DNA of 64,000 nt from an uncultured delta proteobacterium (GTDB lineage: Bacteria; Desulfobacterota; Zymogenia; Zymogenales; Zymogenaceae): NCBI GenBank assembly GCA_963735595.1, contig CAVTLK010000001.1:512001-576000 (forward strand), in the 5' to 3' direction. Each line of letters opens with the position of its first letter. Positions within the stretch are counted from its first letter, which is position 1. Both the position numbers and the translations under genes were made by a program. Below are positions 1 to 13,725 of the stretch, piece after piece. The notes under the pieces are model-generated. The model saw only the letters and a program-made list of their open reading frames with translations. It ran no database searches and was not told the DNA's origin.

Positions 1-1391
1 AGAACCAGGTCATGTTTGAAGGGAAATGGGTCGATATGGAGGTGATAACCGAAACGATCCCCGTCAAGGGAGACGACGGCGTTGTGAATGAAACGATTAC
101 CGTCCGCATGACCCCTCACGGCCCGATTATCAACGATGTCGAATCGGGACTGGGCGATACCCCGGTGAGCCTGTGCGCCCAGGGATTCGGGCCGTGGCCC
201 CTGTTTGAAGCCTTCTATCTGCTCAACACTGCCACCAACTGGGACGAATTCACCAAGGCCCTTTCGATTTACGCCGCCGGTCCCCAGCACTTCGTCTACG
301 CCGACACCGGCGGCACGATCGGATACGTCGGCGCGGGTAAATGCCCCATCAGGACAAACAGCACCGGGCTCCTCCCGAAACCGGGATGGGACGGGACGTT
401 CGAATGGCGGGGATACTATCCCTTCGAATCTATGCCGATGTTGAAAGATCCCGAAAAGGGCTACATCGGGACGGCCAACAATCCCCCGGTACCGGGCAAA
501 TCACCGGTATTCTTATCTGATTACTGGGAGTCTCCATGGCGGGCCGCCAGGATCGACGAGCTGCTGTCGGCAAAGGACCGTCTGGGATTTTCCGATATGA
601 AACAGATGCAGCTCGATGTGAAATCGGGGCTGGCGGAGCGGGTCGTGCCGATCTTTGTGGCAACGCTCAAAAGAAACGGGACTGATACGCTCGCCCCCTA
701 CATCGACTCGCTGGCCGCCTGGGACTACCGGTCGCTGCCCGATTCGGCCGGCGCCGCGATCTTTGAGATAACTTTTAACGAGCTTCTGACCGAGACATTT
801 GCCGACGAACTGGGAGACGACCTATTCTCGCGTTTCATGGACGATAAATCCGTCGCGGCGAATACCCTCTTCCGTCTGATCACCGACGACCAGTCATCCA
901 ACTTCTTTGACAATATAGAAACGGAAAAACGCGAGACCTTCGAGGATGCCCTCATGATGGCCTTCGGGGACGCGGTCGTCGTGCTCTCGGACGCCCAGGG
1001 AAGCGACCCCTCGGCGTGGCGCTGGGGCGCGGTCCATACCGTCGAGTTTTCCCATGTCTTCGGACAGGTTACGGCCCTGAGGCCCTTTTTCAACTACGGG
1101 CCGTTCCCCTTCTCCGGTAGTGACCAGTCCCTTAACCGGGGCGGCTACAACAAGAACAAACCCTACGCCGTCGATATCACGGCTTCCATCCGGTATATCA
1201 TTGACCTGGCCGATCTCAACGGGTCGCTGGTCGTTTTATCGACCGGACAATGCCAGAGCCTGACGAGCCCCCACCGGGAAGACATGGCCGATCTCTTCCT
1301 GACGGGGGACTATATCGCCTGGTACTTCGATCGAAAGGCCGTCGAGGATAATGCAGAGGGGACTATACGGTTTAAGCCGGAAGGTAAATAG
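1..1391 (+). CDS. Penicillin acylase family (Ntn-hydrolase, peptidase S45), 5' end outside window
   Basis: TPHGPII, FVYAD..GTIGY, P.PGWDG..EW.G, TANN, RAARI, W.WG..H and TGQ...SPH..D motifs of the beta chain; frame open from window start. Confidence 0.9.
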   Translation, partial: NQVMFEGKWVDMEVITETIPVKGDDGVVNETITVRMTPHGPIINDVESGLGDTPVSLCAQGFGPWPLFEAFYLLNTATNWDEFTKALSIYAAGPQHFVYADTGGTIGYVGAGKCPIRTNSTGLLPKPGWDGTFEWRGYYPFESMPMLKDPEKGYIGTANNPPVPGKSPVFLSDYWESPWRAARIDELLSAKDRLGFSDMKQMQLDVKSGLAERVVPIFVATLKRNGTDTLAPYIDSLAAWDYRSLPDSAGAAIFEITFNELLTETFADELGDDLFSRFMDDKSVAANTLFRLITDDQSSNFFDNIETEKRETFEDALMMAFGDAVVVLSDAQGSDPSAWRWGAVHTVEFSHVFGQVTALRPFFNYGPFPFSGSDQSLNRGGYNKNKPYAVDITASIRYIIDLADLNGSLVVLSTGQCQSLTSPHREDMADLFLTGDYIAWYFDRKAVEDNAEGTIRFKPEGK

Positions 1392-1464
1392 AAATGCCTG
1401 TCGGGGCGCCGTCTCCATGACTCCGTAAATCTCGAAACCGTCGCCGCCGGGGGGGGGATGGCGC

Positions 1465-2270
1465 TTACCCTCGGTAGTGCATCGTATTGACTACCGGATG
1501 CGATACCGTAACCCGTGCGGCGATTTCCTCGACCAGGTGATGCTCTTTAGCGTTGTGAATAACGCCCTTGAGCAGCACGGATTTCCCGTCAAAAACGACC
1601 TCGAGCGTGGGGAGGTTGATGCGCGTATCGGTCATAAGGGCCGCCCTGACCCTGGCCGCGTCGGCCCGACCAGCCAGCAGATCGGCCGCCTCGGGGGTTC
1701 TCAGTTTGTCCCTTTCGATAAGAGCGGCGTGATTATCCCGGCGATCTCTTCGTAGGTCTCGGTTCCCGAGTTGAAGACCATATCGTAGTTGGCGACGTCC
1801 TCCCAGTCCCCTGCCGTAGTTCTTGTTGACGTAGTCTGCCCGGGTCTTGTCGATCCTGGCGATTTCGCGGTGAGCGGTCTTCTCTCCGACACCGTCCTCT
1901 TTCATCATCCGGGTGACGCGTATCTCCACCGGAGCCACGAGCCTGACCCTGAGCGACATGGGGGATTTCCCTGAGCAGGTAGTTGCCTCCCCGGCCGATG
2001 ATAACGACGTTATCTTTTAGGGCATGTTCGTATAGTGATCGATTCGACCAGCGCGACGAGGCCGTGGTATTCCCAGTCGAACCGTTCCCAGATGCTGGGT
2101 GAGTTTTCGTCGAACGCCAGATCCGCCCCCGGCCACCGTTTACCGTATTTCTTGATATCTGCAAGAATGAGTTTTCTGTTGACTAATTGATACCCGAGAT
2201 GCCCGGGCAACGGCGGTCCGATTTCATTACTGCCGCTCTGGCACTCCCGCGAGATGGTCAGTATCGCCAT
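1465..2270 (-). CDS. Cytidylate kinase-like protein with C-terminal BON domain (split by frameshifts)
   Basis: MAILTISRE..SG N-terminus, VVIIGRGGNYLL, LRVRLVAP...R, YDMVFNS and a BON-like C-terminus spread over several frames. Confidence 0.75.
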
Positions 2271-2272
2271 GA

Positions 2273-3043
2273 TTACCCCCGATTATCGGCTTTTGTATCG
2301 GGATCCTTGTGCGGGATGAGGTGATCCATCTCCCGTTCCTCGCGGGACGCCGCTTGACCGTTATCCAGAGCCTCCCGACGACGATGACCGCGACGTAAAG
2401 AAGGCCTGCACGCCATACTCAACGCTTTGAATGGCCGATCTTCGAGACAACAAACGGGTCGGTGATCATCATCTCGCCGCCTACCCTGCCGAGTACCGCG
2501 GTGCCGATGTACAGGATGACAGGATACCGGTCCATCAGCATGGACAAGGAGATTGCTGGTGAACACGACAAACGGGATGGAAAGACCGAGCCCGAAGACC
2601 AGGAGGAACAGGTTTCCCTCGGACGCCCCCGCCACGGCCAGGATATTGTCGACCGACATGGTTATATCGGCTATGATGATGAGCCACATCGCCTGGAGCA
2701 GGCTTGCGGCCTGTTTGCCGCCCTCATCACCGTCCCCCCCGCTGATAAAGAGCTTTACGGCAATCCAGATGATCAGGATGCCTCCGATGAACTTTATGAA
2801 CATGATCTCCAGGAGCTTGGAGGCAAAGAAGGTAAGCGCCACACGCAGGATTACGGCGGCCCCTGCCCCCATGATTATCCCTTGTTTTCGCTTTTTTCTC
2901 GGGAGGTTTCTCACGGCCATGGCAATGACCACGGCATTGTCACCGGCCAGCACCAGGTCTATCAACACGATTGACAGCAGTGCGAACAGGAACTGCCAGG
3001 TAAATTCTATGTGTCCCAATATGCCGAAATCCACGATGCGCAC
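2273..3043 (-). CDS. TerC/YjbE family membrane protein (3' part frameshifted)
   Basis: IDLVLAGDNAVVIAMA and ADITMSVDNILAVAGA motifs. Confidence 0.9.
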   Translation of the reverse strand: MRIVDFGILGHIEFTWQFLFALLSIVLIDLVLAGDNAVVIAMAVRNLPRKKRKQGIIMGAGAAVILRVALTFFASKLLEIMFIKFIGGILIIWIAVKLFISGGDGDEGGKQAASLLQAMWLIIIADITMSVDNILAVAGASEGNLFLLVFGLGLSIPFVVFTSNLLVHADGPVSCHPVHRHRGTRQGRRRDDDHRPVCCLEDRPFKALSMACRPSLRRGHRRREALDNGQAASREEREMDHLIPHKDPDTKADNRG

Positions 3044-3295
3044 CCCCGCCTACAGCCGGTCATTCAATCGAACAATACTCGTGTCGAAAGGATGCTTATA
3101 TATCCCAAAAAGAGATCGGTTGTCAAGGATAATAGAATCCGCCGCTTTGATAAAACTCCGGGAATTTTATCCGGTTCTATTCATTTGTCAATTCGTTTCC
3201 GATTGAAAAACCGCGCCCGCCGGGCTATACTAATCCACATGGTACGCTTTAGAACGTACCGAGGACGTTTTAATACAATTGATGAGCCGAGGCTG

Positions 3296-5992
<2,697 letters not shown>

Positions 5993-6227
5993 ACGGAGGG
6001 GTACCTCCTTCTTCCCCGGGCGCGCCACCGCCCGGACGCCGCGTGAAACCGAAGCCAAGACCGTCTTACTGGTTTTACCGTTTCCTAATCCTGTTTCTAA
6101 TCGCCGGTATTGGTTCTCATCTGCCGTCATGTCCATGCCGGATAGCGACTGATAGACACAACTAGATTGTAGTTTACTATTTCACTGCATACTATATAAT
6201 AGGTTACAAATCCCACTGGGGAGGTAC

Positions 6228-6803
6228 GTGATGGAAAGAAACGGTTTTCTCAAACGGTTTCTCGGCCCCGTCTTTTTTGTCTTTGTTGTCTTGAGCCTTT
6301 CATGGGCGGCCTATATGCTCTCTCCCCGCATACCGAGCTTCGCCCTCTTCCAGATCGTCGCAACCGTCTCCGGTATCGTGCTATTCATCAGTCTCGGTCT
6401 CGGGGCGCTCTACGTCTACTACGTCTCATACGTGAGGGGAGCCGGTTTTGCGGAGCGGGTCATTGCAGCCTTAGTCAATCCGCTTATCTGGATGACGAAG
6501 GAAGTGGCCGTTATCGGCTCCGTTTACACCGTGCCCGAGGCACTCTACTACTACCTGAACCCAGTTCACCTGCTGCTCCTGGGGGCGGTCGTCGCCGAAA
6601 TGGGAGTGGCCGAGCTTCTCGTCAGGCGCAGACTTAAGGCTGCCGGCTCAGGACAACGGGTCATTACGGTTCCGGCGGTGACGGCCGTTGTCCTCGGCGT
6701 TTTCTGGATTGCCTTCATGTTCCTCTGGGACCTCGGCGTCCATCATTTCTATATCTTCCAGGAAGGTTTTAAAGCACTCTTCGGCTTCGGGAGCGGACTA
6801 TAA
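6228..6803 (+). CDS. Hypothetical multi-pass membrane protein
   Basis: 191-aa intact ORF with about 5 hydrophobic segments and GGAGG RBS; 33 nt upstream of the sulfatase. Confidence 0.7.
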   Translation: MMERNGFLKRFLGPVFFVFVVLSLSWAAYMLSPRIPSFALFQIVATVSGIVLFISLGLGALYVYYVSYVRGAGFAERVIAALVNPLIWMTKEVAVIGSVYTVPEALYYYLNPVHLLLLGAVVAEMGVAELLVRRRLKAAGSGQRVITVPAVTAVVLGVFWIAFMFLWDLGVHHFYIFQEGFKALFGFGSGL

Positions 6804-6836
6804 TGAGAAACCCGCTACTTAACGGTGAGGTGAATC

Positions 6837-8243
6837 ATGACCAAGAACGATGACGAGTTCTATAATCGCTCCATAACCCGGCGCGAAGCTCTGGTCGCAC
6901 TCGGACTGGCCTCGGCGGCCTCCATCACGGGAATAGGGTCCATTGATCGTGCCTGGGCCAATCCGGGGGCGGGTCTTCCGAACATTATCTTCATCCTTTC
7001 CGACGACCACCGCTGGGATCATATGGGCTGTGCAGGACACCCTTTTCTTCAGACCCCCGCGATGGACCGGCTCGCTGCCGAGGGGGTCCTCTTCGAAAAC
7101 GCCTTTGTCACCACGTCGCTCTGCAGCCCTTCCCGGGCCTCGTTTTTAACCGGGACGTACGCCCATACTCACGGGGTAAAAAATAATATCACCCCATGGA
7201 AGGGATCGAACGTCACGTTCCTGGAGACGATGAAGGTCCGCGGCTACGAAACCGCATTCATCGGCAAGTGGCACATGCCGGGCAGTATCCCGACGATAAC
7301 GGCCATCGACGAATTCATAACGTTCACTGCGCAGGGCGGCCAGGGGCAATACTTCAATTGCCCGCTCATCGTGAACGGCAAACAAGAACCGTCCCGAAAG
7401 GCATACATTACCGAGGAGCTGACCGACCGGGCCATCGAGTTTATTGATTCGCGCAAGGACAAACCGTTTTGCCTGTACCTTTCTCACAAGGCGGTGCATC
7501 ACCAGTTCCTTCCGCCGCCCAATCTGAAGGGCCTCTATGATGACATCGACCTGAATCTGCCCGGGGAATTTGACCCCTGGATCACCGCCACAAAGGGGAA
7601 CCTCCTCTACGGCGTCCTCGGACCGCTGCCCGGGCATTACCGCAACTACTGCGCGGCGCTGACTGCGCTGGATCGCGAAATTGGCAGGCTCCTGAACAGG
7701 CTCGACGAGCTTGCTATCGCCGACAACACCATTGTTGTCTACGCCGGGGATAACGGTTATTTCTGGGGAGAACATAACCTCGTGGATAAGCGCTGGGCGT
7801 ACGAAGAATCGATGCGGATACCGTTTATCGTGCGCTGGCCGTCGCGTATCGCCGATCCCGGCCGCCGCGCCGGTCAAATGGTCCTTAACGTGGATCTCGC
7901 CCCCACGCTCTCGGACCTCACGGCAAGCCCGATGTCCGACCGGTTTGAAGGGGCGAGCTTACTGCCGGTCCTGATGTCTGCGGCTGCCCCCGGTCGGAAC
8001 GACTGGTTCTACGAATATTTTTCTGATTATCCCTATCGGGTTCCGCCGCAGTACGCGGTGCGAACGTCAAGCCACAAATACATCGAATTCATGACTAACC
8101 GTAAACCGGAGCTCTACGATGTTACTCATGACCCCAGGGAGCATCAGAATCTGTATGGTACGATTGAAGGAATCCAGGTGCAAAAGGAGCTCAAGGACCG
8201 TTTGGAATGGTATAAAGAACGATATCACGTGAACGGGGCGTAG
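6837..8243 (+). CDS. Tat-exported Cys-type sulfatase
   Basis: TRREAL twin-arginine signal; IIFILSDDHR, LCSPSRASFLTG, GKWH, GDNG, DKR..YEES. Confidence 0.92.
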   Translation: MTKNDDEFYNRSITRREALVALGLASAASITGIGSIDRAWANPGAGLPNIIFILSDDHRWDHMGCAGHPFLQTPAMDRLAAEGVLFENAFVTTSLCSPSRASFLTGTYAHTHGVKNNITPWKGSNVTFLETMKVRGYETAFIGKWHMPGSIPTITAIDEFITFTAQGGQGQYFNCPLIVNGKQEPSRKAYITEELTDRAIEFIDSRKDKPFCLYLSHKAVHHQFLPPPNLKGLYDDIDLNLPGEFDPWITATKGNLLYGVLGPLPGHYRNYCAALTALDREIGRLLNRLDELAIADNTIVVYAGDNGYFWGEHNLVDKRWAYEESMRIPFIVRWPSRIADPGRRAGQMVLNVDLAPTLSDLTASPMSDRFEGASLLPVLMSAAAPGRNDWFYEYFSDYPYRVPPQYAVRTSSHKYIEFMTNRKPELYDVTHDPREHQNLYGTIEGIQVQKELKDRLEWYKERYHVNGA

Positions 8244-8440
8244 CGCCCCGCTTGTGAAAGCCTCGCATTAACCGGCTCCGGACCATTTTCGGCGCGGAAT
8301 AGTACGTTACCGTCGCTACGTAACTTTTCATATAAAGAGCGCCAGCCCTTGCGACAAAGGGTTCCCGTCCTTTTGATTATCGCGCATGTTCTTCGTAATG
8401 GAGGTTACGCTGTTTTGAGGAAATCCCATATGGTGCTGCA

Positions 8441-9386
8441 ATGAACCGACAAGATACGCGCACTAAACCCGGGGACATTCTGTTGCTAATCATGTATCGC
8501 CTGTTCGTGAACACGATTGGCTGTTTCCCCTTGCCGGTTGTACGATACTGCTGCCGAATTATCTTTCTGTTTCCTTTATCCCCTCGCCGGTCTGTTGTTC
8601 GGCCTTCGGCGTCGTGTCGCCCGAAACTTACGCGCCGCCTACCGCGACGTCCCTGACCATCCGCGAGTCAAAAACGATCGCCCGAAGGGTCCTCTATAAC
8701 CAGCTCCTCTTTTTCATGGAGCTCTTCTTCTACTACCATCAAGAGAAACAAGAAGTACCTTAAGAGGAATCGGTATCGATCGAGGGCATTGAGAACCTCG
8801 CCGCCGCCCGCGAACGGCTCAAGAGGGGTAATCGGAATCAGCGCGCCACCTCGGCAACTTCCAGCTCATGATGCTCAGGCTCTCGTTGAGGACGGTAGAT
8901 TCGCCGCCCTGATTAAGAACCCAAAATCCAAGGTACTGTCCGATGCGTGGATCGAGTACATGGATGAGCTTCGGCCTCAGAACTATCATGATGAAAAATC
9001 GGGTTTCGGCGACAAAACAGATCATACGGGAGCTGAGGCGATCTGCCTTTATCATGTTTGTTGCCGACGAATTCACGCGGCGGAGCGCGCATGTCGTTAC
9101 CTTCTTCGGGAAAAGGACCTCCATGGCGGCGGGGCCGGCACAGCTTTCTCGCTGAAGATGGGCATACCACTGTTGCCGTGCTTTCATCATCCGGGAAGAT
9201 ACGGGTCGTTACCGGATCATCATTGAACAGGCCGATCGAGATTGACGCTTCGGGCGATTACGAGGTCGATTGCCGGACCGTTACGCAGACAGCGCATCGA
9301 TATACTTGAAAGATTTATCAGGCGCTATACCGACCAGTGGTTCTGGACTCAGATCCCGATGGAAGAAGAGGATACTCAAAGAATGA
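8441..9386 (+). CDS. LpxL/HtrB-like lysophospholipid acyltransferase (many frameshifts)
   Basis: Fragments across frames: VARNLRAAY, GVIGISA-HLGNFQLM, VTFFGKRTSMAAGPAQL, LERFIRRYTDQWFW, RWKK. Confidence 0.7.
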
Positions 9387-9536
9387 ATAGACGTCTGGTG
9401 TATACGTCCAGGTGCGACTATTTTTATTGCCTTTCTCTCATTCATGATATAATATTATCATTTATGTCTTTTCGGCCTGGTCTAACGCTATCCCAGCATT
9501 CTCGAGGCATCGCCGGCACGAGAGGAGGAACATACT

Positions 9537-10510
9537 GTGATCAACAGCGAGCATCTCGATACCATCAACCTGCGTAGCTACTCCTTTGTTCAGGTACTCC
9601 TCGGCAGGCTGCTCCTTATCCCGAACTACCATTTTTTTTCCCGGGTCAAAATTATTATCGAGAACTATGAAAATATCCCGAAGGACGAGACGGTCATCTT
9701 CGCGCTCAACCATACGGACCGATATAATTACTGGCCCTTCCAGTATAAGATGTGGCGACAGGGCAAGGGAAAACTTCCCCAGACCACGACGTGGGTAAAG
9801 GGAGAGTATTACGGTAATATCCTGATGCGTAAGTTTTTCGACTGGACCAACAACATTCCTGTTCCCTCCAGGGGATACCTGATCAGAGAGGATTTCAGAG
9901 AGCATCGTCAATGAGAAGATATCCAAAATGGAATACCGTATTCTTCGGGATTATGCGAGCCGGAAGACCACCCTTAAAAAGATCGGCGCCGAAATGACCG
10001 AAAATATCAGAAAGGTTATCAACTACCCCCGAAAGTTCATTATCCGGCATCGAGATCCCCTATTCCGACTATATCGATTCATACTATCGCCAGCTCATGG
10101 CAAAGTCGCGGAGATCAACTTCAGGGCGCTTTTTGATAAGAACCTGAATGTCATCATCTTCCCCGAGGGAACCCGGTCTCTCACGCTCGGCACCGGCAAG
10201 ACCGGCATCGCCCATCTCGCCCTCAAGTCGGGTAAAAAGGTTGTTCCGGTGGGTTGTAACGGCAGCGACCGGGTTTATCCCGGGAAATCTCCCCTGGGCA
10301 AAGAGCGGCACGATCGTCTATCGGATTGGAACGCCGATCGATCCCCGGGAGATCGTTGGAGACATCGATCGGTCGTTTGTCCCGTTCTCACGCGAGGCCG
10401 AAGTTGAGCTTAATGATGAATTCCGTGAATTCACTCAGTTTGTCATGGAGCGTATCAATGAGCTGCTCGACGACCACCATCGGTCTTTATCCCCGATAAC
10501 GGTGGTCTGA
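9537..10510 (+). CDS. PlsC-like acyltransferase family protein (frameshifted)
   Basis: FALNHTDRYN motif I, IIFPEGTRS, KVVPVGCNG, IVYRIGTPI. Confidence 0.75.
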
Positions 10511-10583
10511 TCGAACAAGACCCGTACGGCAACGCGACAAAATCGGCGGGGCTAAAATCGGTAGTAACAGGTAAATACGATAA

Positions 10584-10610
10584 AGAAGGGGGGCGAACGC
10601 TCCCCCTTCT
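10584..10610. terminator. GC-rich hairpin between convergent genes
   Basis: AGAAGGGGGGCG-AA-CGCTCCCCCTTCT. Confidence 0.55.
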
Positions 10611-10630
10611 CGTTCTGCCAGCCGGTCTTC

Positions 10631-11407
10631 TTATCTGCCGCGAATGCGGGATTCCTGCCTGCACCTTCTCATAGAGCACGATACCCACCGATACTCCGAC
10701 GTTGAGCGACGTAATTCGTCCGGCAAGCGGGATAGACAGGATGCGGTCGCACTTGTTGCGAATCGTTATCTGATAGCCCCTTATCCTCGCCACCGAAGAC
10801 GAAGGCCGCCGGCCCCGGTCAGGTCGGCGTTATAGTAGTCGATATCGCCCTCTGCCTCCACGCCGAATAGCATGATACCCTCACGCCGCATCAGTGAAAG
10901 GGCACTCGTCGGGCTCTCGTGTATTACCGGGATATATTCGGAAGCCCCCATGGAGATGCGGGATACCGCCGCGGACAGCGGAGCGCTGCGCCGGGAGGGT
11001 ATAATCACCCCGTCCACCCCGGCCCCGTCGGCCGTTCTCAGGATCGCCCCCACGTTTTGTTCGTACATCACCTCCCCGAGCACCACGATACAGCGGGTCC
11101 TTTACCCCCGCAAGTGACACGAGGAGTTCCTTCAGGGACATCCGGGGTCTCGGTGCCGCCATTGCAATGACGCCCTGGTGGGAACCGGTCGATGATATCC
11201 GATCGAGCCTCTCTCTTCCTGACGGCCGCCGGCTGAATCCCCTCGGCACGCGGCAAGCCGAATGATTTCGTCGATCTTCCCCTTTACCTCAATCCCATTA
11301 TCAATATAGATGGATTTTATCCGTCGTCCCGCCCTGAGCGCTTCTAAAACGACATTTCTTCCCTCAAGCGGGACATACTGCTTTTCGTGCCGGCCTCTGT
11401 CTCTCAT
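10631..11407 (-). CDS. rlmB: 23S rRNA Gm2251 methyltransferase, TrmH family (frameshifted)
   Basis: EGRNVVLEAL, HQGVIA, NVGAILRTA, ISMGASEY, SLNVGVSVGIVLYE over several frames. Confidence 0.85.
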
Positions 11408-11459
11408 CTTCCTTTTCTCGATTCTCCAGTCGCCCCGGTATCGTCGGTGCGGTTACCGC

Positions 11460-11850
11460 TCACCCCTGCTGGGCGACGCCGGGATCACCGCTTTTATTCC
11501 CTTTCTTTATCGGATCCGTTGACGGCCTTTTATCCTCAATCAGCTCCGCTTTTTCAGTCCCGGACGAGCCGGTTTTATTGGTAATACCGTCCAGGAAATC
11601 ACGATATGCCGTTATCTCGTAAAGGAGGACGCCGATGATAACGGCAAACGCCCCCAAATCGTCAACTATGCCGATAACCGGGAATATTCCAGGGATGAAA
11701 TCAAAGGGGATAAGGATGTAAAATATGAGAACGAGATACATTAGCTTTCGCCCGAAGGGTATGGTGTATCCCTTATCATTCATCATCTGAATGAGGAAAC
11801 GGTAGTCCTTGACGATATTGAATAGGTCCAGGAGATGATTCGATTGTCAT
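11460..11850 (-). CDS. DUF1232/YkvA family membrane protein (5' frameshift)
   Basis: YILIPFDFIPG.FPVIGIVDDL motif. Confidence 0.8.
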
Positions 11851-12003
11851 GTCAGTATCTCCTTTGTTGCATCACCTCGGTACGCATAATCCGCCACATC
11901 CGCCCTCTATCGATCGTAGCGTGATTTCTATTGGGACAGCCTTCCCCCATGAGCCGGGCGCCGGACCCGGGTTTGCGTCGGCTTCGGACGGTTCGACCCA
12001 TCA

Positions 12004-12438
12004 CTATAACGTCTCAAAAGATACACCCCGTTTCTTGGCCCTGTCTATCAGGTCCTGTATTGTGGTCTTTCCAAAGAAGCCCTCGAGAATATCCCCCGCC
12101 TCTTTCCAGACATCCTGCGTGACGCACTTGACCGCCATTTCACATCCTGCCACCCCTTCAATACAGTCCACGAGCTGTATCGGACCTTCGACGGCCCGCA
12201 CAATCATCAGGAGCGTAATATCCTTCGGAGGATAGGCCAGCGTGTACCCGCCGGATCGCCCCCTATGACTGCTAATTAGTCCCGCCCGCTTGAGCTTTAG
12301 AAAAATCTGACCGATATAATTAAGCGATATCTGCTGACGTGCGGAAACCTGAGAGGCACGGACCAGATTGCCTTGGCCGCAATAGGCAATATCAAACAGC
12401 GCACGAACCCCATATCTCGAGAGCGTAGTCAGTTTCAT
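12004..12438 (-). CDS. Rrf2 family transcriptional regulator (IscR-like, three Cys)
   Basis: RYGVRAL, QQISLNY..QIF.KL..AGLI.S.RG..GGY.LA, C-x6-C-x5-C. Confidence 0.9.
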   Translation of the reverse strand: MKLTTLSRYGVRALFDIAYCGQGNLVRASQVSARQQISLNYIGQIFLKLKRAGLISSHRGRSGGYTLAYPPKDITLLMIVRAVEGPIQLVDCIEGVAGCEMAVKCVTQDVWKEAGDILEGFFGKTTIQDLIDRAKKRGVSFETL

Positions 12439-12539
12439 ATCTTCCCCCGGTATAATAGCTTTCGATTCTACCCGCGGATGTCAGACGCTACGATGGAGTT
12501 TTAAGTCACGATATTAACGCGTTATCCGTCTAATTGGTA

Positions 12540-12568
12540 TTGAACAGATAGAAATAGTATGGTATAAT
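12540..12568 (+). promoter_or_regulatory. Sigma70-type promoter with extended -10
   Basis: TTGAAC-N17-TATAAT with TG two bases upstream of the -10. Confidence 0.6.
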
Positions 12569-12808
12569 TATTGCCGTACACGGTACGCCTCTGTACGGTA
12601 ACGGCGCGAAATTGGGTTGCCGGTATCAATTGCGTTTATTCGGATTGTCACTTTCTCATAACGCGTAACCATACCATACTGTAAATTGTTTTAACAGTAA
12701 AAATTCTGTATTGCCGCACTAAATATTACAGCTTTTTTGATCAAAAACTTTTATTGTTACTTTAGACGATGTTCCATAATTTTTTATTCGCCAACAAGGA
12801 GGATTACA

Positions 12809-13397
12809 ATGTCAATACGATCATGGAAAAAAGCGGCGCTGTCGGCGCGTTATTGTTTCCATTGCGCTGCTCTGGTCCGTCTCGGCCTTTTGCGCCGACG
12901 TTCTGACGAAGGACAGTGACTTTATGGATCCCGAAGCGGGCGTCTGGGGATTCATCCCCGACTATACCGATATGGTCGAGGGTGATCACGTCAACTGGAT
13001 ATGGACAAAGCCGGGTGTCAGCCTCACCCAGTACAAGACCGTCGAGGTCCCCGAGTTTGAGAATCTCTGGAAGGAGACGGACGTAACGGCACAGGATCTC
13101 CTTACCCGGAACATGAAGGACGGCCTTTCGCGCCGCCTCGGGCTCACGGTTGTCGATAAGAACGCCGACATCACCGTCAAGGGGGCGATGGTCGACTATT
13201 TCCTGGGAAACACCGCCGCCAGGATATGGGTTGGATTCGGCGCCGGTGAGCCTCTCGTCGAGGTGGAGGTGTACGTCGTCGATAATAAGACAAACGAGAT
13301 CATCTCGAAGGTGAGGCATCAGGCCATCGACTCGACGATAGAAAGCGTTATTGCCGAGACCGTCTCAGATATTATCGGCGAGTGGGCGAAACGCTGA
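12809..13397 (+). CDS. Exported DUF4410-like protein (signal-peptide region frameshifted)
   Basis: AGGAGG RBS before ATG 12809; GNTAARIWVGFGAG motif. Confidence 0.65.
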
Positions 13398-13451
13398 TAA
13401 AATAAATAGCTGTGAGGGCGGCGGCATTACGGCTCCGCCCGGGATTATACG

Positions 13452-13485
13452 GGAGTCCTCGTTTCGTTCGAGGACTCCTTTTTTT
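13452..13485 (+). terminator. Rho-independent terminator
   Basis: GGAGTCCTCG-7 nt loop-CGAGGACTCC then T7. Confidence 0.85.
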
Positions 13486-13725
13486 GGGGGGGTCATCTCG
13501 GGAAAGCCGCTCGGGGAGGGAATAGGCCCGACCATTGGTGTAACTATCTGTGATTCATCGGAAAACGGGGCTAAACGAGAGGTTGAAGCGGATCCTTCGC
13601 CTTTTTGTCGGACGGTCTAAAGGCCGGTCCCGACCCATTAGCGCCGGCTCGGTAATCCCGTTTAACAAAACGGGCGGGAGAAAATGACGGGACTTCACGG
13701 CCGCTTTCGACGGCCTCATAACATG

